A stretch of DNA of 64,000 bases from Eledone cirrhosa (lineage: Eukaryota), in assembly GCA_964016885.1 (NCBI GenBank), contig OZ024740.1, positions 14,942,001 to 15,006,000 on the forward strand. The letters are read 5' to 3'. Of this stretch, positions 55,301-64,000 are shown piece after piece; within the stretch, counting starts at the first letter, position 1, and every line of letters starts with the position of its first letter. The position numbers were made by a program, and so were the translations under genes. A model generated the notes under the pieces. It searched no databases and was not told the DNA's origin. It was given only the letters and a program-made list of their open reading frames with translations.

Positions 55301-57720
55301 CATGGTTATATTTCCTACTAAACAGAGGTGTGACATATAGGATGTTTTAACACATTCATGGTTATATTTCCCACTAAACAGAGGTGTGAAATATAGGATG
55401 TTTTACACACCTTCATGGTTATATTTCCCACTAAACAGAGGTGTGAAATATAGGATGTTTTAAACACCTTCATGGCTATATTTCCCACTAAACAGAGGTG
55501 TGAAATATAGGGTGTTGTAAACACCTTCATGATTATATTTCCCACTAAACAGAGGTGTGAAATATAGGATGTTTTAAACACCTTCATGGTTATATTTCCC
55601 ACTAAACAGAGGTGTGAAATATAGGATGTTTTAAAAACCTTCATGCTTATATTTCCCACTAAACAGAGGTGTGAAATATAGGATGTTTTAAACACCTTCA
55701 TGGTTATATTTCCCACTAAACAGAGGTGTGAAATATAGGATGTTTTAAACCCCTTCATGGTTATATTTCCCACTAAACAGAGGTGTGCAATATAGGATGT
55801 TTTAAACACCTTCAAGATTATATTTCCCACTAAACAGAGGTGTGAAATATAGGATGTTTTAAACACCTTCATGTTTATATTTCCCACTACACAGAGGTGT
55901 GAAATATAGGGTGTTGTAAACAGCTTCATGATTATATTTCCCACTAAACAGAGGTGTGAAATATAGAATGTTTTAAATACCTTCATGGTTATATTTCCCA
56001 ATAAACAGAGGTGTGAAATATAGGATGTTTCAAACACCTTCAAGGTTATATTTCCCACTAAACAGAGGTATGAAATATAGGATGTTTTAAACACCTTCAT
56101 GGTTATATTTCCCACTAAACAGAGGTGTGAAATATAGGATGTTTTAAACACCTTCATGGTTATATTTCCCACTAAAGAGAGGTGTGAAATATAGGATGTT
56201 TTAAACACCTTCATGGTTATATTTCCTACTAAACAGAGGTGTGAAATATAGGATGTTTTAAACACCTTCATGGTTATATTTCCCACTACACAGAGTTGTG
56301 AAATATAGGGTGTTGTAAACACCTTCATGATTATATTTCCCACTAAACAGAGGTGTGAAATATAGAATGTTTTAAATACCTTCATGGTTATATTTCCCAA
56401 TAAACAGAGGTTTGAAATATAGGATGTTTTAAACACGTTCATGGTTATATTTCCCACTAAACAGAGGTGTGAAATATAGGATGTTTTAAACACCTTCATG
56501 TTTATGTTTCCCACTAAACAGAGGTGTGAAATATAGGATGTTTTAAACACATTCATGGTTATATTTCCCACTAAACAGAGTTGTGCAATATAGGATGTTT
56601 TAACCACCTTCATGGTTATATTTCCCACTAAACAGAGGTGTGAAATATAGGATGTTTTAAACACCTTCATGGTTATATTTCCCACTAAACAGAGGTAAGA
56701 AATATAGGATGTTTTAAACCCCTTCATGGTTATATTTCCCACTAAACAGAGGTGTGCAATATAGGATGTTTTAACCACCTTCATGGTTATATTTCCCACT
56801 AAACAGAGGTGTGAAATATAGGATGTTTTAAACACCTTCATGGCTATATTTCCCACTAAACAGAGGTGTGAAATATAGGGTGTTGTAAACACCTTCATGA
56901 TTATATTTCCCACTAAACAGAGGTGTGAAATATAGGATGTTTTAAACACCTTCATGGTTATATTTCCCACTAAACAGAGGTGTGAAATATAGGATGTTTT
57001 AAAAACCTTCATGCTTATATTTCCCACTAAACAGAGGTGTGAAATATAGGATGTTTTAAACACCTTCATGGTTATATTTCCCACTAAACAGAGGTGTGAA
57101 ATATAGGATGTTTTAAACCCCTTCATGGTTATATTTCCCACTAAACAGAGGTGTGCAATATAGGATGTTTTAAACACCTTCAAGATTATATTTCCCACTA
57201 AACAGAGGTGTGAAATATAGGATGTTTTAAACACCTTCATGTTTATATTTCCCACTACACAGAGGTGTGAAATATAGGGTGTTGTAAACAGCTTCATGAT
57301 TATATTTCCCACTAAACAGAGGTGTGAAATATAGAATGTTTTAAATACCTTCATGGTTATATTTCCCAATAAACAGAGGTGTGAAATATAGGATGTTTCA
57401 AACACCTTCAAGGTTATATTTCCCACTAAACAGAGGTATGAAATATAGGATGTTTTAAACACCTTCATGGTTATATTTCCCACTAAACAGAGGTGTGAAA
57501 TATAGGATGTTTTAAACACCTTCATGGTTATATTTCCCACTAAAGAGAGGTGTGAAATATAGGATGTTTTAAACACCTTCATGGTTATATTTCCTACTAA
57601 ACAGAGGTGTGAAATATAGGATGTTTTAAACACCTTCATGGTTATATTTCCCACTACACAGAGTTGTGAAATATAGGGTGTTGTAAACACCTTCATGATT
57701 ATATTTCCCACTAAACAGAG
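52359..57720. repeat. Nested duplications of 2108 bp (37-mer) and 1368 bp (24-mer)
   Basis: ORF pairs 52359/54467, 52896/55004 and 53210/55318. The CAAGATT variant occurs at 53705, 55813 and 57181. Confidence 0.85.
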
Positions 57721-60700
57721 GTGTGAAATATAGGATGCTTTAAACACCTTCTTGGTTATATTTCCCACTAAACAGAGGTGTGAAATATAGGATGTTTTAA
57801 ACACCTTCATGGTAATATTTCCCCCTAAACAGAGGTGTGCAATATAGGATGTTTTAAACACCTTCATGGTTATATTTCTCACTAAACAGAGGTGTGAAAT
57901 ATAGGATGTTTTAACACCTTCATGGTTATATTTCCCACTAAACAGAGGTGTGAAATATAGGATGTTTTAAACACCTTCATGGCTATATTTCCCACTAAAC
58001 AGAGGTGTGAAATATAGGATGTGTTAAACACCTTCATGGTTATATTTCCCACTAAACTGAGGTGTGAAATATCGGATGTTTTAAACACCTTCATGGTTAA
58101 ATTTCCCACTAAACAGAGGTGTGAAATATAGGATGTTCTAAACACCTTCATGGCTATATTTTCCACTAAACAGAGGTGTGGAATATAGGATGTTTTAAAC
58201 CCCTTCATGGTTATATTTCACACTAAACAGAGGTGTGGAATATAGGATGTTTAAAACACCTTCATGGTTATATTTCCCACTAAACAGAGGTGTGAAATAT
58301 AGAATGTTTTAAATACCTTCATGGTTATATTTCCCAATAAACAGAGGTGTGAAATATAGGATGTTTTAAACACCTTCATGGTTATATTTCCCAATAAACA
58401 GAGGTGTGAAATATAGGATGTTTTAAACACCTTCATGGTTATATTTCCCACTAAACAGAGGTGTGAAATATAGGATGTTGTAAACACCTTCATGGTTACA
58501 TTTCCCACTAAACAGAGGTGTGAAATATAGGATGTTTAAAACACCTTCATGGTTATATTTCCTACTAAACAGAGGTGTGACATATAGGATGTTTTAACAC
58601 ATTCATGGTTATATTTCCCACTAAACAGAGGTGTGAAATATAGGATGTTTTACACACCTTCATGGTTATATTTCCCACTAAACAGAGGTGTGAAATATAG
58701 GATGTTTTAAACACCTTCATGGCTATATTTCCCACTAAACAGAGGTGAGGAATATAGGATGTTTTAAACCCCTTCATGGTTATATTTCACACTAAACAGA
58801 GATGTGGAATATAGGATGCTTTAAACACCTTCATGGTTATAATTCCCACTAAACAGAGGTGTGAAATATAGGATGCTTTAAACACCTTCTTGGTTATATT
58901 TCCCACTAAACAGAGGTGTGAAATATAGGATGTTTTAAACACCTTCATGGTAATATTTCCCCCTAAACAGAGGTGTGCAATATAGGATGTTTTAAACACC
59001 TTCATGGTTATATTTCTCACTAAACAGAGGTGTGAAATATAGGATGTTTTAACACCTTCATGGTTATATTTCCCACTAAACAGAGGTGTGAAATATAGGA
59101 TGTTTTAAACACCTTCATGGTTATATTTCCCACTAAACAGAGGTGTGAAATATAGGATGTTTTAAAAACCTTCATGCTTATATTTCCCACTAAACAGAGG
59201 TGTGCAATATAGGATGTTTTAAACACCTTCATGATTATATTTCCCACTAAACAGAGGTGTGAAATATAGGATGTTTTAAACACCTTCATGGTTATATTTT
59301 CCACTACACAGAGGTGTGAAATATAGGATGTTTTAAACACCTTCATGGTTATATTTCCTACTAAACAGAGGTGTGAAGTATAGGATGTTTTAAACACCTT
59401 CATGATTATATTTCCCACTAAACAGAGGTGTGAAATATAGGATGTTTTAAACCCCTTCATGGTTATATTTCCCACTAAACAGAGGTGTGCAATATAGGAT
59501 GTTTTAAACACCTTCATGATTATATTTCCCACTAAACAGAGGTGTGAAATATAGGATGTTGTAAACACCTTCATGGTTATATTTCCCACTACACAGAGGT
59601 GTGAAATATAGGGTGTTGTAAACACCTTCATGATTATATTTCCCACTAAACAGAGGTGTGAAATATAGAATGTTTTAAATACCTTCATGGTTATATTTCC
59701 CAATAAACAGAGGTTTGAAATATAGGATGTTTTAAACACGTTCATGGTTATATTTCCCACTAAACAGAGGTGTGAAATATAGGATGTTTTAAACACCTTC
59801 ATGTTTATGTTTCCCACTAAACAGAGGTGTAAAATATAGGATGTTTTAAACACCTTCATGGTTATATTTCCCACTAAACAGAGGTGTGAAATATAGGATG
59901 TTTTAAACCCCTTCATGGTTATATTTCCCACTAAACAGAGGTGTGCAATATAGGATGTTTTAAGCACCTTCATGATTATATTTCCCACTAAACAGAGGTG
60001 TGAAATATAGGATGTTGTAAACACCTTCATGGTTATATTTCCCACTACACAGAGGTGTGAAATATAGGGTGTTGTAAACACCTTCATGATTATATTTCCC
60101 ACTAAACAGAGGTGTGAAATATAGAATGTTTTAAATACATTCATCGTTATATTTCCCAATAAACAGAGGTGTGAAATATAGGATGTTTTAAACACCTTCA
60201 TGGTTATATTTCCCACTAAACAGAGGTGTGAAATATAGGATGTTTTAAACACCTTCATGGCTATATTTCCCACTAAACAGAGGTGAGGAATATAGGATGT
60301 TTTAAACCCCTTCATGGTTATATTTCACACTAAACAGAGGTGTGGAATATGGGATGCTTTAAACACCTTCATGGTTATATTTCCCACTAAACAGAGGTGT
60401 GAAATATAGGATGTTTTAAACACCTTCATGGTTATATTTCCCACTAAACAGAGGTGTGAAATATAGGATGTTTTAAAAACCTTCATGCTTATATTTCCCA
60501 CTAAACAGAGGTGTGAAATATAGGATGTTTTAAACACCTTCATGGTTATATTTCCCACTAAACAGAGGTGTGAAATATAGGATGTTTTAAACCCCTTCAT
60601 GGTTATATTTCCCACTAAACAGAGGTGTGCAATATAGGATGTTTTAAACACCTTCATGATTATATTTCCCACTAAACAGAGGTGTGAAATATAGGATGTT

Positions 60701-63700
60701 TTAAACACCTTCATGGTTATATTTCCCACTACACAGAGGTGTGAAATATAGGATGTTTTAAACACCTTCATGGTTATATTTCCTACTAAACAGAGGTGTG
60801 AAATATAGGATGTTTTAAACACCTTCATGATTATATTTCCCACTAAACAGAGGTGTGAAATATAGGATGTTTTAAACCCCTTCATGGTTATATTTCCCAC
60901 TAAACAGAGGTGTGCAATATAGGATGTTTTAAACACCTTCATGATTATATTTCCCACTAAACAGAGGTGTGAAATATAGGATGTTGTAAACACCTTCATG
61001 GTTATATTTCCCACTACACAGAGGTGTGAAATATAGGGTGTTGTAAACACCTTCATGATTATATTTCCCACTAAACAGAGGTGTGAAATATAGAATGTTT
61101 TAAATACATTCATCGTTATATTTCCAAATAAACAGAGGTGTGAAATATAGGATGTTTTAAACACCTTCATGGTTATATTTCCCACTAAACAGAGGTGTGA
61201 AATATAGGATGTTTTAAACACCTTCATGGCTATATTTCCCACTAAACAGAGGTGAGGAATATAGGATGTTTTAAACCCCTTCATGGTTATATTTCACACT
61301 AAACAGAGGTGTGGAATATGGGATGCTTTAAACACCTTCATGGTTATATTTCCCACTAAACAGAGGTGTGAAATATAGGATGTTTTAAACACCTTCATTG
61401 TTATATTTCCCACTAAACAGAGGTGTGAAATATAGGATGTTTTAAACACCTTCATGGTTATATTTCCCACTAAACAGAGGTGTGCAATATAGGATGTTTT
61501 AAACACCTTCATGGTTATATTTCCCACTAAACAGAGGTGTGAAATATAGGATGTTTTTACACCTTCATGGTTATATTTCCCACTAAACAGAGGTGTGAAA
61601 TATAGGATGTTTTAAACACCTTCATGGTTATATTTCCCACTAAACAGAGGTGTGAAATATAGGATGTTTTAAAAACCTTCATGGTTATATTTCCCACTAA
61701 ACAGAGGTGTGAAATATAGGATGTTTTAAACACCTTCATGGTTATATTTCCCACTAAACAGAGGTGTGAAATATAGGATGTTTTAAACCCCTTCATGGTT
61801 ATATTTCCCACTAAACAGAGGTGTGCAATATAGGATGTTTTAAACACCTTCATGATTATATTTCCCACTAAACAGAGGGGTGAAATATAGGATGGTGTAA
61901 ACACCTTCATGGTTATATTTTCCACTACACAGAGGTGTGAAATATAGGGTGATGTAAACACCTTCATGCTTATATTTCCCACTAAACAGAGGTGTGAAAT
62001 ATAGGATGTTTTAAACACCTTCATGTTTATGTTTCCCACTAAACAGAGGTGTGAAATATAGGATGTTTTAAACACATTCATGGTTATATTTCCCACTAAA
62101 CAGAGTTGTGCAATATAGGATGTTTTAACCACCTTCATGGTTATATTTCCCACTAAACAGAGGTGTGAAATATAGGATGTTTTAAACACCTTCATGTTTA
62201 TATTTCCCACTAAACAGAGGTAAGAAATATAGGATGTTTTAAACCCCTTCATGGTTATATTTCCCACTAAACAGAGGTGTGCAATATAGGATGTTTTAAA
62301 CACCTTCATGATTATATTTCCCACTAATCAGAGGTGTGAAATATAGGATGTTGTAAACACCTTCATGATTATATTTCCCACTAAACAGAGGTGTGAAATA
62401 TAGAATGTTTTAAATACCTTCATGGTTATATTTCCCAATAAACAGAGGTGTGAAATATAGGATGTTCTAAACACCTTCATGGCTATATTTTCCACTAAAC
62501 AGAGGTGTGGAATATAGGATGTTTTAAACCCCTTCATGGTTATATTTCACACTAAACAGAGGTGTGGAATATAGGATGTTTAAAACACCTTCATGGTTAT
62601 ATTTCCCACTAAACAGAGGTGTGAAATATAGAATGTTTTAAATACCTTCATGGTTATATTTCCCAATAAACAGAGGTGTGAAATATAGGATGTTTTAAAC
62701 ACCTTCATGGTTATATTTCCCAATAAACAGAGGTGTGAAATATAGGATGTTTTAAACACCTTCATGGTTATATTTCCCACTAAACAGAGGTGTGAAATAT
62801 AGGATGTTGTAAACACCTTCATGGTTACATTTCCCACTAAACAGAGGTGTGAAATATAGGATGTTTAAAACACCTTCATGGTTATATTTCCTACTAAACA
62901 GAGGTGTGACATATAGGATGTTTTAACACATTCATGGTTATATTTCCCACTAAACAGAGGTGTGAAATATAGGATGTTTTACACACCTTCATGGTTATAT
63001 TTCCCACTAAACAGAGGTGTGAAATATAGGATGTTTTAAACACCTTCAAGGCTATATTTCCCACTAAACAGAGGTGAGGAATATAGGATGTTTTAAACCC
63101 CTTCATGGTTATATTTCACACTAAACAGAGGTGTGGAATATAGGATGCTTTAAACACCTTCATGGTTATAATTCCCACTAAACAGAGGTGTGAAATATAG
63201 GATGCTTTAAACACCTTCTTGGTTATATTTCCCACTAAACAGAGGTGTGAAATATAGGATGTTTTAAACACCTTCATGGTAATATTTCCCCCTAAACAGA
63301 GGTGTGCAATATAGGATGTTTTAAACACCTTCATGGTTATATTTCTCACTAAACAGAGGTGTGAAATATAGGATGTTTTAACACCTTCATGGTTATATTT
63401 CCCACTAAACAGAGGTGTGAAATATAGGATGTTTTAAACACCTTCATGGTTATATTTCCCACTAAACAGAGGTGTGAAATATAGGATGTTTTAAAAACCT
63501 TCATGCTTATATTTCCCACTAAACAGAGGTGTGCAATATAGGATGTTTTAAACACCTTCATGATTATATTTCCCACTAAACAGAGGTGTGAAATATAGGA
63601 TGTTTTAAACACCTTCATGGTTATATTTCCCACTACACAGAGGTGTGAAATATAGGATGTTTTAACCACCTTCATGGTTATATTTCCCACTAAACAGAGG

Positions 63701-64000
63701 TGTGAAATATAGGATGTTTTAAACACCTTCATGGTTATATTTCCCACTAAACAGAGGTAAGAAATATAGGATGTTTTAAACCCCTTCATGGTTATATTTC
63801 CCACTAAACAGAGGTGTGCAATATAGGATGTTTTAAACACCTTCATGATTATATTTCCCACTAATCAGAGGTGTGAAATATAGGATGTTGTAAACACCTT
63901 CATGATTATATTTCCCACTAAACAGAGGTGTGAAATATAGAATGTTTTAAATACCTTCATGGTTATATTTCCCAATAAACAGAGGTGTGAAATATAGGAT

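Larger units (their letters stand above)
3290..64000. repeat. 57-bp satellite DNA array (about 1065 monomers by length/57), head-to-tail, continuing past the window end
   Basis: The consensus CACTAAACAGAGGTGTGAAATATAGGATGTTTTAAACACCTTCATGGTTATATTTCC recurs throughout, typically with 0-4 differences per monomer and occasional 54-56-bp monomers. I saw no inversions or foreign insertions. Confidence 0.99.

Noticed and set aside
3459-63861. The minus-strand ORFs as real CDSs (e.g. tandem C2H2 zinc-finger or other repeat protein)
   Set aside because: The period is 19 aa with one Cys and one His, not the 28-aa C-x2-C…H-x3-H/TGEKP pattern. Stops and frameshifts are frequent and propagated, many ORF starts are non-ATG, and there is no unique N- or C-terminal domain.
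3290-64000. CRISPR array (regular, partly palindromic repeats)
   Set aside because: There are no unique spacers because the whole 57 bp repeats. No cas genes are present and the context is eukaryotic (SINE, microsatellites).
3290-64000. 171-bp (3x57) alpha-satellite-like or nucleosome-phased trimer unit
   Set aside because: There is no evident similarity to alpha satellite and no CENP-B box, since the consensus lacks CpG. Observed HOR sizes (17, 28, 37, 40, 53, 67, 76 monomers) are often not multiples of three.

Overview
Eukaryotic, repeat-dominated window with no credible protein-coding gene. About 95% of it (about 3290-64000, running off the right edge) is one uninterrupted head-to-tail satellite array of a 57-bp AT-rich monomer (consensus CACTAAACAGAGGTGTGAAATATAGGATGTTTTAAACACCTTCATGGTTATATTTCC). 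The monomer has internal dyad symmetry. Because 57 = 3x19 and one minus-strand frame lacks stops, it generates the many ORF-track peptides (MKVFKTSYISHLCLVGNIT)n, which I interpret as by-products. Variant monomers define nested higher-order duplications of many periods (about 0.5-8.7 kb) and regional sub-domains. The left 3.3 kb contains a compound (CAA)n/(CAC)n microsatellite, a G-rich minisatellite, and a tRNA-derived CORE-type SINE that resembles octopus SINEs from memory, so a cephalopod origin is an inference. The SINE's tRNA head is split between the A and B boxes by a 183-bp antisense 3' fragment of a CRE-like (RLE) non-LTR retrotransposon. An inverted partial copy of the same SINE lies nearby. 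No CRISPR, rRNA or intact tRNA gene is supported. HOR periods were derived from offsets between matching ORF-track entries and diagnostic variants, not from a computed alignment.
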